From: Octopus sinensis
Taxonomy: Eukaryota
Reading direction: 5' to 3'
Assembly: GCF_006345805.1 (NCBI RefSeq)
Contig: NC_043013.1
Location: forward strand, 15,252,001 to 15,316,000
DNA: 64,000 bases
Shown: in pieces, positions 1-14,400 of the stretch
Layout: the number at the start of each line of letters is the position of its first letter
How positions within the stretch are numbered: the first letter of the stretch is position 1
Position numbers and translations under genes: made by a program
Notes under the pieces: model-generated
Databases searched by the model: none
Told to the model about the DNA's origin: nothing
The model's input: the letters and a program-made list of their open reading frames with translations, nothing else

Positions 1-270
1 GTGGTCCTGGTTCATTTTGGACATTACTCTGACTATGGCAGCTTTCAAAGAATCTTTGGTGTTATGGGTGTGTTCAATAACCTCTCTCTCAATAACACTC
101 CACATGTAATAGTCCAATGGATTGAAATCTGGGGAATTAGGAAGCCAAATGTTAGGGGGTTATGTGATCATGAAAATTTTCAGCCATCCATTCCAGTGTT
201 ACTAGAGCCATGTGTGATAGTGCAGAGTATTACTGAAACACATATGGCCTTCCATTGCATCATTATATCA
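1..270 (-). mobile_element. Degenerate Tc1/mariner transposase fragment (DD37D, maT-like spacing), cut by the window edge
   Basis: Reverse strand reads NGRPYVFQ*YSALSHMALVTLEWMAENFHDHITPNIWLPNSPDFNPMDYYMWSVIERE..., matching the FQQDSAP..H / WPPNSPDLNPxDY motifs. There are 37 residues between the second catalytic position and the last D; in-frame stop present. Confidence 0.85.
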
Positions 271-1184
271 TTCTATCTTGGTCAGTGAGATGAATACATT
301 TTGACCTAGTTAAGGTTTCTTCTACTGCTAAGTAGAAGTTTAAATGACACCAGAACTATAGCTATATCGTATTTCTTTATGTGTGTGTGTGTGTGTATTC
401 AAAATATGTGAAGGAAGCAGTTCTAAGATAAAATTTTTATCTATGTAACATACTTAATGTATATTTATTATTGAAAACCCAGAGGCTGCAATTAGTTTTG
501 GAGGGAAAATTCCCATTATAGACTTATTGTTTTAAAAAACACAATATACTTCAGAGCTTGGTGAAATGAAATTGCCCTGGAAGTGAATACAAGAGCAACA
601 AATGCACATTTCGCACTGTTTATAGCTTTTATGTTATATAGATGAAGATTTCATCCTAAAGTTGCTCCTTTTGCTATATATGCAGCTTATATGTTACAGT
701 ATGCATTGGGTGCATTTTATTGTGCCACTGGTACTTCAGAGATTGACAGTGTTAGGACTAGAACCTCCTCTACTTTATATCAGTTTTTTTTAAAGAGTTC
801 TTGCTCTTTAGCTGAATTGCCATTGTTGTTGCTTGTAGGTTCCTCAATTACCTATGTAATTTAGTCTGTTCTTTTCCAGTACTACTTAGTTTGTTTGCAT
901 AAGTGGAGGTACATGACTTAGTGGTTAGGGTGTTGGACTCATGATTGTAAGACTGTGGGTTTGATTTCTGAACTGGACAACAGGTGTTCTTGAGAAACCC
1001 ATTTCATTTCACATTGTTCCAGTTCACTCAGCTGACAAAAATGAGTAATCCTGCGACAGACTGGTGTCCCATTGATGGGATTATATATTATGTCACAGAA
1101 ACTGGGAAACCAGCCCTCTGAGTCTATGTCTCTGGAAGACTCTTTAACCTATCATGTTTACATTAGTTTACAGTATATGGCCAT

Positions 1185-1521
1185 TGCCAGAGCAGCTATC
1201 TGGCCTCCGTGCTGGTGGCATGTAAAAGACACCATTCGAGCGTGATCGTTACCAGCATCGCCTTACTGGCACCTGTGCTGGTGGCATGTGTAAAAGATTC
1301 AAGTGAGGTCATTGCCAGTACCTCCTGACTGGCCCCATGCCGGTAGCACGTAAAAGCACCCACTACACTCTCGGAGTGGTTGGTGTTAGGAAGGGGATCC
1401 AGCTGTAGAAACTCTGCCAGATCAAGATTGAAGCCTGGTGCAGCCATCTGGTTCGCCAGCCCTCAGTCAGTCGTCCAACCCATGCTAGCATGGAAAGCGG
1501 ACGTTAAACGATGATGATGAT
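1185..1521 (+). mobile_element. SINE/non-autonomous LINE-derived repeat ('family C', (ATG)n tail)
   Basis: Ends ...GCGGACGTTAAACGATGATGATGATG. The core AGGAAGGGCATCCAGC recurs in many copies across the window on both strands (e.g. 3561, 15800, 18561, 18990, 27148, 31020, 39190, 44625, 51470, 53160, 60000). Confidence 0.75.
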
Positions 1522-2428
1522 GTCGACTTCACTTTATAAGAATGAGAAACTTTGTCTCTATAATGTTGAGATGGGGTGAGATAAGAAGAGACTAACAGTG
1601 GTAGTCTAAAGCTACTTGAAATAAAGGTTACCTGTTTCCTTATCTTTCTCTTTAAATGTAAGGAAGAACCCATGATGGTAGCCTATTGTAGATGGAATAT
1701 AAACAGGGATGGAGCCCCCCCACACATACACACACAAGAAAAGAAGTGCATCCTTCTAAATAATGTTATGCCCTTTTCTCCTGGAATTGTATTCTCTTCT
1801 GACTTTGTGCGCTCTCTTCGAAAAATTCCTGGGACCATGTCTGATAAATGTTTGTCATGTAGGTAGAGGAAGAGGTTAACTGTAGTGTCTGGGAATATCA
1901 TCTCCATTATGTTACATAGAAAGGAGTACTTTTAGCTAGCAAGTGGATTTAATGTGATAAGATAATGGTGACTGAGTCTATATTTTTAAAATCATTGGTG
2001 GTGTTAACTTAAGACAGTTCTGCAGACATTTTTTCCCACCTGTACCACGTTAGACATTAACTGACAAGCATAACATTTTCATGAATTTAGGTTCCTGATA
2101 TTGATCATTTGCAAAATTATGTATATGAACTATAAACATTATCTTCAAATTTCCATAAAATCTGCATCCAGTACTCTCACATATCAATTACGATAGTCAC
2201 AGTGGTTCTTTGAATTATTTGCAGGCCACATTATATACACATCTATTAGCTTGCAAGGAAATCACTTCATAAGTTCTATTTATAAAGTCTATAAATATGT
2301 ATAAAAATATGTGTTTATAATGATTCTTATGTTTTATTAATTACCTCAGGTTTCCATTCAAGTTGGATATTTTTCATTTTGTAATATTTTCCCATTTTAT
2401 TTTATTTTAATTTTTTTTTATTTTCCAG

Positions 2429-2474
2429 AATTTTAGGCCCAATCTGTGTATTAACTTGTTTGGAACTTAAAGTG
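2429..2474 (+). CDS. TOPBP1: TOPBP1 exon 1 in window (end of BRCT0)
   Basis: ttttccag|A ATT TTA GGC...GTG|gtaagt; (R)[15 protein letters not shown], compare human RIVGPQVVIFC. Confidence 0.85.
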
Positions 2475-5400
2475 GTAAGTTTTGCTATTAAATTGGAGCA
2501 TTTTAAATTTATATATCCATTGTTATTTTTAAAGCTGCATTTTCAGTGCTTGCGTGGGTAGGACATATCCTTTCCAACAACATCTCATCAATTGTTAGAT
2601 TTTATCTAAAGACGTTGTTTAATGTCTCTTTAAACAGAATGTAACCATTTTTTTTTTTACTTTCGTTTGTATGTTTACTAAAAAGGTACGCCTTACTTTT
2701 CAAATATAATGTGTGTGTATATACATACATACACTACACACAAAATTTCCAATTATGAAACTGCACTATAAATAGAGAACAACTTCAACTACTACTCTTA
2801 GAAAGTCAAATATATTTTTTGTCTTTTTTGAGAGAGTATTTGAATGTTTACTGAAATTTCAAAAGACTATTTATTATCTCAGGTTTGATGGCTGTTAGAT
2901 AGGCTACTTTCACCTCATTGATGACCTTTCAGCAAAACCTGCTAGCTATTGGCAACTTTTAGTTTGGATACAGATAACAAAATTAAGTGTACCTTTCGTA
3001 AACACTGTTTTGTATAGCTTCATTAGATTTTGAACTAGCAACCTAAATTATAAAATCCAGTATCTTACCCTATTGGCTATTTGGCCTCCATTAAATTGCT
3101 AATAATAATCAGAGGAAAATATCTAAACCTAAATCAATGACTAACTCGACATTTTCTGTCTGTTTAGGAAATTCCTCGTACTAAAGTACCAATCCATAAT
3201 TTAGCCATGAAGGACACCATCATAAGCTGTACGAATATTGATAAGGTATTGCGGGTAAGTTATGATTCAACATTTTTGATGACAGTCCACCTTGAATTAT
3301 ACTGTGTAAAACCACTTATTTTAAACTAAACTGTTTCATCATAATTAACTTTTATCTTTTACTTGTTTCAGTCATTGGACTGCGGCCATGCTGAGGCACT
3401 ACTTTGAAGGATTTAGTCCAACAAATTGACTGCAGTACTTATGTTTAAGTTTGTTATGCGTTCTATTATTTTCTGTTGCCAAACCATTAAGGTATGGGAA
3501 CATGTGTTAATCTTTTGTGAATTATGCATTAACTGCTAGGATTTTTATGTTGCTAGACATTCATCATCATCATTGTTTAAAGTGTCCGCTTTCCATGCTG
3601 GCATGAGTTGGATGGTTCAGCAAGAGCCTGCTAGGTAGACGACTACCCCAGGCTGCTGTGTCTTTTTTGAAATAGATTTTATGGTTGGATGCCTTTCTTA
3701 TCTCTAACCACTCTGTAGAGTGAACCGAGTGCATTTTACATGGTACCAGCACAAGTGAGGTCAGATTTGGCATGGTTTTTACTGCTGGATGCCCTTCCAA
3801 ATGCCAGCCACCTCACAGTGTGGACTGGATGCTTGTTATGTGCCACAAGCATGTGCTGGATCACCAAGTAACTTGCAAGACAAGGAATTTTGAGAAGGGA
3901 GGGACATTGAAGGAGGTGATTTTGTATCAGATAATGAAAGGTTAGAGTGTAACAGAGGGGCAGAAACAGATGTCTTGCTGTAGAGGAGGTACATGGTTAC
4001 CTAACCAGAGAGAGAGAGAGAAAGAGGTGGGAGAAAGGTAACAAGAAAGAGGACAGATACAGGTGTGCTGACATGAAGGAGATACTTGGTTACCTAGCCA
4101 GAGAGGGAGAGGAAGAGAGAAAAAGGAAAAGAAGAGAGAGAAAGAGGTGGGAGAGCGGTAACAAGAAAGAGGGCAGATACAGGTGTGCTGACATGAAGGA
4201 GATACTTGGTTACCTAGCCAGAGAGGGAGCAAGAGGAGAGAGAGAGAGAGTGATCAAGATGAGAACAGAAACAGGTGTGCTACTGTAGAGGAGATACATG
4301 GCAACCCAACCAGAGGAAAGAGAGTGGAAGACAGTAAACGTAGAAGAGAGAGCAAGACAGAGATGGTGGTGAAGTGCCAGGGTATACTCACAAGGAATAG
4401 GGATCTTGACAAAACTCAACTTATATATTGTTTCCTGAGTGATCTTGTTTCCTACAGGATATCTACCATTCCAGTTTCTCAAACTTGCAACTATAAATTG
4501 TTTCTGTGATTTAGTCTTGATGAAGGTGGCAAGGAAGCAGAATCATTACTGTACTGGACAAAATGCTTAGTGGGATTTCTTCCAGCTTTGCATTCTGAGT
4601 TCTGTTCCACTGAGGTTAACTTTGCCCTTCAACCTTTTGGGATTGATAAGTACCAGTTAAGCACTAGAGTTGATGTAATTTCAGGGCATGTGCCTACTGT
4701 AAAAAGCATTATTTGGTTTTGACTTAATTCATTCACAATTTGATCCATAGAGCTATTTCTTGTTATAACCATCAAACTCAGGTAAACCACTTAATTATAT
4801 TGCTGCACTGTAGTGAAGTGTCTGATGAAGTATTTTGTGGGGATATAATAATACACTTAAGAATAGAAGATCAATATATGGTTGTTAAATTGAAAAGAAA
4901 TTACAGGTGATCTATCGGGTAATTGTTTATTGCATTTGATTCCCTTCAGGCGACCTGTTGCTATTTTCTGTCTAAAATTGGTGCTTATGGTGTCTAATAT
5001 AAACGTTTTGCACATTCCAAACTTGGTAATAAAAAAAAAAGGTTTAAATTTATTAAACTCCTCCAAACTCTTGATTGTTTTCAAAATTAATTAAAAATAT
5101 GGTCAGTAACAAAGTTATATTCTTGTTTTTGTTTCACTGAAAGTCTTTGTGCGATAGCTTGAATTGAGCTCAACTGCCTTCATCTAGGCCCAGGAGAAGA
5201 TTTAGGAGCAGCTCTGCTAACCACAGAAATCACTTGTTAAATACAGCAGAGAAACAGATTTCCCTGTAGTGTATATATCATTAGAATAAACTATTGAGAG
5301 TAAAATGTATTTGTCTTTGTTAATTTTTCAACCGTTTGGCAGATTCTCTGGCATCTTAGCAAACTTGTATTCATCATTCTCATTTAAGTCCATTCTCCAT

Positions 5401-8400
5401 GCTGGCATGTGTTAGATGATTTGGCTGGGACTGGTATGTTGGAGAGCTGCATCAGGCTCCAATCATCTGTTTTGACTTGGTTTCTACAGCTAGATGCCCT
5501 TACTAAATCCACCCACTTTAGAGTGTATTGGGTGTTTTTAATGTTTCACTGGCATGGGTTCCTTTTATGTGTTATTGGCAATGACAACAATTCACTTAGC
5601 TTGATGTGTCTTCTCAAGCACAGCAAATTGCTAGAAATCTCAGTCACTTGTCGTTGCATCCTTGATGCTCAACAACTGAATGTTATATTTCACCACCTCG
5701 TCCCAAGTCTTCCTGGTGTACCCCTCCCACAGGTTCCCTCCACAATTAGAGATCAGCTATTGTTGTTGTGTATTGTTGACATATCATTATCATAGACATG
5801 TCAGCATGTCATTAGTGTAATGTTGACATGTTGTAGTGTATTGTTGACGTCATTATTGTGGTGTATGTCAACATGACATTGTGATGTTGACATGTTCTTA
5901 TTGTTGTGTATGCCAGCATTTCATTACAGTAGTGTTGAGATTTCATTATTGTAGTGTATTGTTAACATATTAATGGTGTGTATGTTAACTAGTCATTATT
6001 GTAATGTTGACATGCCATTGTTAAAGTGTTCATTTTAACACTAGTGTAATATGCCAACACTAACATAATGTTAAGTTGTCACCACATCCCTGTCATTCCA
6101 CATGCAGTTTATTTTCTACATGTTTCTGACATATGACATACGTCCAATATCCATATCACATGTTTTCACTCTCACTCAATACTTTGAATCTGTCATAACA
6201 CATGATTTTTTTTTTTTTTTTTTAAATTGTCTATACAGGAATCTTTACACATGAAAGTTTTGATGATGGGTGGTGAAATCCAACGCAACTTTACTGAAAA
6301 TGTGACACATCTTGTGGCTGGAATGGTTGGTAGCAGTAAATACCAGGTAGATCGCTTTCCTGTTCTCATTTCCCAGCTCTTAATATAGATTATATAAAAA
6401 GCATGTGTGTGTGTGCATGCATGCATGTGTCTGTGTAAATGTGTACTTTTTTGCCTTTTTGCTTGAAAGCATTGAGCTAAAACAGTGATGTTTGTTGACA
6501 TTCTCTGGCAACTCTGTTCTTTCAAAGATTAGTGGGAAGAAAATATCCTTTATTTGAAAGCCAGGTTAAGGTTACCAACAAGAAGGACATTTGATTATAA
6601 AACAGTGCCTCGATAAGATGCATTCATCTAATCTTTGTCAGGAAACTAACTTAAAACAATTAAGTGAACTATGGACCATCTTCTCAGATGAAGAAGACAG
6701 AACACCAAAAGATATGCAATATTAACAGGTGCCAATGTAAACTCAAGTATTCATTTTTTTTCTCTCGTTGTGTCGGTAATTTACACAGGTTTATTTAGAC
6801 ACAGTTAACCCTAATTGAATTGGGTTGTAATGGGATGTAAAGAGATCATATGATATTGTTTAATATATAACAGAGTGTATATCTTTATTATAGGTGGCAA
6901 GTAACCTGAAAAAATACATTATGTTACCTGATTGGGTTAATTCTGTCTGGGAAGCATCACAAGAAGGGTATGTATGTTTTTCCTCATCACTATTATCACT
7001 CATCATCATCATCGCTACCATTATTGTCACCACCATCTTCTGTCACCGTTTTCATGAATCAAGAGATGCTCTAAGCAGTAACTCAAACTGCGACAAACAG
7101 CAACCAATCTTCCTCTTATAGGATCTCTTAGTATGTTAAAAAAAATTACATGGTCCGTATAATCTTAGATATCTAACAAGGCAAGAAACATGATGGTCAC
7201 AGAACACTTTTGATCATTGACCTACTCACTTATTGGCTGGCCTGGACTAAACAGTTAGCACTCAGTTGTTGTCGTCATCTAATTGTAATATACTCAGCTG
7301 ATAACAGGTTAAATATATATTTCTTGTCTTAGTGGCTTGTTTCAACATTATACAAAGCACAAATATTTTATGAAATCTATAATTTAATTTTCACTTTAGA
7401 ATATTTTTTAAATATGCCAAAAAAATTTTTGTAATGTTATTCACTTGAAAATAACTTAAAAAGACATTGAAATATTGTCTGTTTAACCCTTTAGTGTTCC
7501 AATTATTCTATCAAACATGCTTATTGATTCACATTGATTTGAATTAATCATGCATTATCTCATATCTTCAAGATCTTGATGGTGTAATTACTTAATGTAG
7601 AATAACATTGTAGGGTAGGTGTGAGAGCCTGGATCCAGTCGGTTTGAACATAAAACAGATTAAATATTTTGGCCAGATATGACCGGTTTAAATACTAAAG
7701 GGTTAAAGAAAGCTAAAATATAAATACTTACTGTACAAACAACTTAAATTTTTGAAATCACATTCACTTATTATTTCTAAATGATTAAAATACTGTATTT
7801 AACATTTACTGTAAAAAAAAAATTGTATTTTTTCATTGTCAACTCACTGTGTCTTATGGAAAGATAAGAGTTTCTTCCCTTTCAGGATGAAGTTTATTTT
7901 CGGAACATTTTCCCATTATGCATTGTTTTGGGTATTTATACCCTGAAAAGCTCTAATATCTCAAAAACCACTTAACTGATTTACGTGAAACTTGTTTCAT
8001 TTTGTTTGTATTAACATTTCAGGTTAGCTTTATACATAGTATTTTCCCATTATGCACCAGTTTGGCTGAGTAACATTGCAAGCAAGCAAGATTCAATCTG
8101 ACTTTTAATAGTATATATATAATTATTTCTTCCCTGTCTGTTTACTGTTCTTGCAGCTCTGTTCACTGCAATGATGAGAAGTTTCAAAAATACACTTGCC
8201 CCATGTTTAAAGGGTTAATTATAACAGTCTCTGGCTTAGAATCGGCAGAGAGGAAAAAAGTGAAGCAACTGGTTGAAATGGAAGGTAAGTTCATAGAATA
8301 TCTGTAGGCATTTTCTTTGAAAGACAAAGTGAAATGCTTGAATGGTTTCAGTGACAGACTACTAGCTCATGGCTTAAAATTTCAAATACTGTTTATATAT

Positions 8401-11400
8401 ATTTATATAACTATATTATAATATATTTTGTTTTATTTTATGTGTATATGAATGAATGAATGAATGAGAGCATTGTAGTATAGAAAAGGGAAATACAGAA
8501 AGCTCCTAACAATGCAGAAAGTTTTACAAAAAACCTTCATATTTCAGGCACAAAGGTCCATCCTCAGGAGAAAGCTGACCAATAAATGTTTAGTTGCTCT
8601 GAAATATAAAGGATTTTGTGAAACTTTCTATATTTTCCTATTTTTTTTCTGCTTTATATATATATATGTTTGTATAAAATTGTTTTTGTAATTCACTTCG
8701 TCTATAAGTGTATTTGTTTACTTTAAAATTTTTGTAGGTGGTGTTTATTCAGGAGAAATGAAAGTTGATGAATGTACTCATTTAATTGTAAATGAACCAA
8801 AAGGTAAGACAAGCTTATTAGTTTTGCCCTCATTTAACATTAATATTACTTCATGGACTCTATTCAATCATGCGCTTTACCTACTCTGTTATGTTACCTC
8901 AGTTCTGTTCTGCCCCATCATCTGCTCCACCTAGTCCTGTATTCAACTCAAGTCAATGTCTTCAGAGACGGAAACTGGAATTGGGTCTGAATGCTTGCAA
9001 GAGAGTGAATTCTGCCATCACACTCCAAGGACTTGGTGGTGGGATTAAACCCGATGTTAAGTTAAGCCTACCACCCAAATTAAAGGTACCTAGGACCAGA
9101 TGCTGATCCTCATTTGTTATTTTTCATCTCTTGCTCCGATTGAGTAGACCTTTGATCAAAGCAATCCAATCATGAACATCTCATCACTTTTTCAGGCATT
9201 GTGTAGCCCAGATTAAATCAAACTCTGTGACCTTTTTAAGATGATGATAGTTGTGATTTGAGAGAGATTTGGCAGCTAGCTATGTCTACCAGGTTAAGAA
9301 ATCATGTAGAGGCACCCTTGTTGACTTGAGGTAATATTGCTGAATCAAATGGTCCATTAGGTCAAACACTTTAAAGTAAAAGTTCCCAAGAGCAAAGCGA
9401 CGTTGTTAAGGCCTGGTGGCTTGTTACAGCTAAACGGTGGCTCTCTAATAAAATCATTCCCTGTTATATGTATGCTATTATTACTTGTATGTGACTCCAT
9501 ATTTCTTTGTGGTGAATGTTTCCGAATTATTGATTTATACCATTCTTTATTTCAGGCCAGAAATATGAATTTGCCAAGCAGTGGAAGATCCAGATTGTAA
9601 AACCTCAGTGGTTGTATGAATCAATTGAAACTGGTTATTGTCTTGACGAAACAAAATACCAATTAAATACTGAAGGTGGCCACAATGAAATGATGACCTC
9701 CACACCAACTAAAAATACCTCAGCTGGTCAGTCTGAATCTCTATATACACAAGAAACTACCTTCTTGTTCTAGAATTTCATATTTAATTCTGTAAATACA
9801 CAGTGTCAACCAAGATAGTCAATATTCTATAGTTGCATGTCTCTTCATCCTTCTGTGATTGATTGACATTGCCTTGTGTACTCCTGGCATCAATAGAATA
9901 ATGCTAGTAGGACATGTAAATATAAAATATTTGTAGGATATTTAAATACTAGCAAGATCATTTGCTAATCTTGAGGACACCTGTGCATGGTTTTGTTTAG
10001 CTTAGAGAAGCTGTTGCACATCAGTTTTTTTAATGATTTTGACAGTAAAAAACCTTGGTTCAAGTCAACTGGCTGTAGCAGATTATAATCTCATCAGCCA
10101 TCAAAAGTATGTAGCTCACTTTTACTTGTTCTGCCAGACTTTGGGCTTTTCCATAATCCTGGCCATGGGAAGAGTTGATAACTCTTGCTTGACATGCTGA
10201 CTTATGTAGAACTAAGGCCTGACTTAATGTCCCTTTTTTGCAAGTTAAGGAGTGTACCCAAAAGCAATATACTTTAATATTTATTTATTTAAATAGCCAT
10301 AGGTTAATGAACCAAGAGTTAGTTTAATTGATTCTAATTTTGTTCTGTGTCGATGTAAAAATAATACTGAAAAAATTCAAAATTATTACCTCTCAGTCTG
10401 GTAATGTTGATTATTTGATAGTATTTAAACCAGCCATATCCAACCAAAATATTCTGCCTGCTTTATGTTCAAACTAGACAGATCTAGCCTCTCACTTCTT
10501 TACAATAACATTCTAAAAATAAATGGTCACATCATCAAAATCTTGAAGTTACATGACAAATCATGATTAATACAAAACATTGTGAATAAATTAGCTGTAC
10601 ATTTGACAGAATAATCTGAATGCTAAAGGGTTAAAGACATACAGCTATTGTGAAGGGTTAACCAAGGATACTTAAGATATTGAGTCAACAAAGAAACCTG
10701 TTTTTACATGCAGTGGTTGTGGAGAATTAGACTTAGGATAATTACATCTGTCATCATTTAATAGAAAATATGAAATCAGATAATTGTATGATTGAATAAT
10801 TAAGTAGCTAAATATAAGAAATTATTGCTGTTGTCATCATCGCTACCACCATCATGATATCGTCACCACCACCATCTTCGTAATTATTTGGGAATGGTGT
10901 GGTGGACTAAATATGCTGCAGTTTTTAGTTATGTCTCTTTACCTCCTAAGTTCAAACCCTGTGTGGGTAGTGTTTGATTTTCCTCATTCCAGGATCAGTG
11001 AAGTGAAATACCAGTCATGTTGGACATCAATGTAATCAACTCTACCTCCCTCTGAAAGGGTTTGGTTTTTATGTCTGTCATAAAAAAATTTCATTATCAT
11101 TGTTTTTGTTGTGATCATTTGGCACAATTATGGAGTATTTTTGTGTTGATGGCTATTCCCTCTAGCATAGTCACTGCCAGATGGCAGGAACCAGTGAAAA
11201 AGAATAGTATGCTTTTGGTTACTGTTCAATTCTTGTAATTTTATTCCTTTAAATTAAACACTGTTTATTTCGGTTTTGTTCCAGTTAACCTGAGTTCAAT
11301 TGCCAATATTTCTGCAATTAATCGTCTTAGCGACACTATGCTCAGTGCTTGCAGTTCAAATATTTCCCGAGTAGACAAGTCTAAACCCACCTTTGATAAT

Positions 11401-14400
11401 ACATCAATGTCAACACCTATGTCATTCTTCGATGGTTGTAAGGTAAATATAACAAAACTGTTACATTTTTCTTTATAATTATTTCTATATGTATCAGTTG
11501 GTATTTGATAAAACTATTTGTCAGGTTATCAGGCTATATTATTTATATGACAAATTGTTTGAGTTGGAGAGTGAATGAGAAAGTGTCTGTCAAATTGGCA
11601 GTCAATGAATTTGTGTGTCAAATTGTGTGTCTATGAAATTGTCTATGAACTGATTGTTATGTTGTTAGTCAAATTAAATGACTTATTTAGCTTAGAAGAC
11701 TAACTTATGATGTGTGTCAAATTATTTAGCTGTTTGCAGCATGGCAAAATTGGTTGACTGCCATATTTGTGTGTCAAATGTCAAATTAGGCTGTCATATT
11801 GCCTGTTAAATTAGTTTGGTTGTGTTGTGTATCAGATTGGTTTGGCTGTTGGGTTGTGTGTTGTATTGGATTGACTGTCATATGTGCTAAATTGGATTAA
11901 CTGTTGTGCTCTCATGTTTTGCATCAAATTAAATTGTTGTTTGTATGTCAAGTTGGTTTCTATTTTGTATTGTCAAAATTGTTTGGATGTCATATCTCAA
12001 AGTAGGTTATCTGTTTGTCAAATTGGACTGTTATCCTGTATTCCAGATTAATTTGGTTATAATGTATATCTTTGTTTAAAGTATAATGTCAACATACATA
12101 AAAAAATGAAGCACAATTTTACTGAGAGTGACTGGACAATAGCAGTAATTAGCCTTATGTGAATTGGATAGATGACTCTCCTGGTCTTGACGAGAATGGT
12201 TGATGAATGATGAGATTAAAATATTGTGCAGCAACTTGTAGGATATATAACAATGGATTGTTAAGCTGGCTGCAGATTATGAAAGGAAATTTAAGATACC
12301 GTTATTGTGAAATGAAGCTTTGGGGCTAATAACCAGATGGTTACAAGTTCAAGCTTAACTGTAGCAACCATTCTGTTGCTCCACTTTGAATGATATAAAA
12401 TGATAAGTTAAACTCTGTGCTTCACAGGGAGATTAATGGTAGAAAATTTTTTCAACTGCTACAATATATAAACCATCACACTTATGCAAGCATGGCAAAT
12501 AATTGTAAGATATATGTTAAAATATGTGTGTTAATGGATGTAAAAAAAAAGTTACTAACATAGTACATTTATTATATTGTATTAACCAGATTTATCTCAG
12601 TGGATTTCGTGGGCCAGACCAAGAACGGTTACTCAGGATCATCAATGTTGGTGGAGGTACTAGGTAGGTCTCACAGGTTTTTCGTTTTCCTCAGAAATTG
12701 CACTTTCAGGAGAAAAAGTTTGCATGGGGTATATATAGGCATAGGAGTGGCTGTGTGGTAAGTAACTTGCTTACGAACCACATGGTTTCGGGTTCAGTCC
12801 CACTGCGTGGCACCTTGGGCAAGTGTCTTCTACTATAGCCTCGGGCCGACCAAGGCCTTGTGAGTGGTTTTGGTAGACGGAAACTGAAAGAAGCCCATCG
12901 TATATATGTATATATATATATGTATGTGTCTATAAGTTTGTCTGTCTGTGTTTGTCCCCCCCAACATCGCTTGACAACCAATGCTGGTGTGTTTATGTCC
13001 CCGTAACTTAGCGGTTCAGCAAAAAAGACCAATAGAATAAGTACTAAGGCTTACAAAAAATAAGTCCTGGGGTCGATTTGCTTGACTAAAAGGCGGTGCT
13101 CCAGCATGGCCACAGTCAAATGACTGAAACTAGTAAAAGAGTATGGGGTGTGGGGATTAGTTTAAAAGCTAGTTGTCTATTTGAAATTGCCTGTTAACAA
13201 GTTGTTTCTGTCAAGTGGTATTTATTTACACCTTAGTGGATTGGTCCGCTTTAGGTATAACTCTATTCACTGTTGGTAACATGCTATGATCTACTGATCT
13301 TCAACATTGTTTTCTTATACTCTGACGACCACCTCCCTCCATTTCCCATCTCTCAGTATATCAGTTACATTATATTGAAACCAAAGACTAATTGTTACGA
13401 TTATTTTTCTAATTTCAGATTTAATTCCTTAAACGAACATGTTACACATGTTGTGATGGGCGAAAAAGTGCCAGCAGATATGGATTATCTAGAGAAAGCT
13501 ATTCATAGGTATGTCACTTAGTTTCTCAATTAAGTGAGGTAAAATTTCCAATTTATATCTTCTTTTGTAAAACGAAGGGATCCTTTTGGTATTGGTAAAC
13601 TCAGTTCCAGTCATGTATGGGGTGGGGTGAATTTAACTGACTGCATTCATCTGGCATATTTATGTCCTTGTGCGAAAGTTAGAAATCTATATTATTAGTA
13701 TTTAGTTACAACTTATAACAGTTTAAGTTAAAATCCCTTCATTCTTCTGGAGGGGTCAGTAAAATAAAGTCCCATTCAAGTACTAAGTGTAATATCTTTT
13801 TACAAGTTTCTATCCTTGTTTAAAATGATCATTAAAAGAGATGACTTGACAGAATCATTGGTGGCCTAAGATGTTTTGTGGTAATTGTTTTAACTCTTTA
13901 TGTTTTGAGTTCAAAGCCTGATTTACCTGTCATCCTTTCAGAGTCAATAAAATAAGTAATTGTCAAGTACTGGGTCAATGTAGTCAACTTCCCTTTGCCC
14001 TCAAGAACTGTTGGTTAAATTTGAAACTATTATTATTATTGTCACTGTTAATATTACGGCAGTAACCTGGCAGACTTTGCTTAGTAGTTGTAAATGAGTT
14101 GTCGCCATCATGAAGCTGTGTTTTGTTTCTAGTCTTCTGTGAAAATATCTGGTTATTGGGAAATGTTGTGTTATTTGGGAACAAGTGAGTGTTGGTGACA
14201 AGAAGGAAAAGTGGATACTAAAACAGTGATCTTATATTTTGAGTTCAAATTTCACTGGATTTGACTTTGCTCTTCATCCATATGGTTTCCAGTAAAATAA
14301 AATAACAATTACATACTGGGAGCAGTTCTAGTGACTAAACCCTTATTTTTTGCAAATTTGTTTAACTTTGTAGGAGTGGCTGTGTGGTAAGTAGCTTGCT

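Noticed and set aside
1672-1866. ORF ending ...CLSCR|gtag with a PFSPGIVF stretch resembling the missing TOPBP1 BRCT0 exon (DPFSGVVF...GCR)
   Set aside because: Spacing is about 14 residues off, the rest is dissimilar, and there is no convincing acceptor; likely coincidence. The true upstream exon is probably outside the window.
4816-4858. AAGTGT-CTGATGA-A-GTATT...AATAC-ACTT, a partial hammerhead-like motif
   Set aside because: The GAAA and stem III are absent, so it cannot fold into a ribozyme; at most a deleted relic
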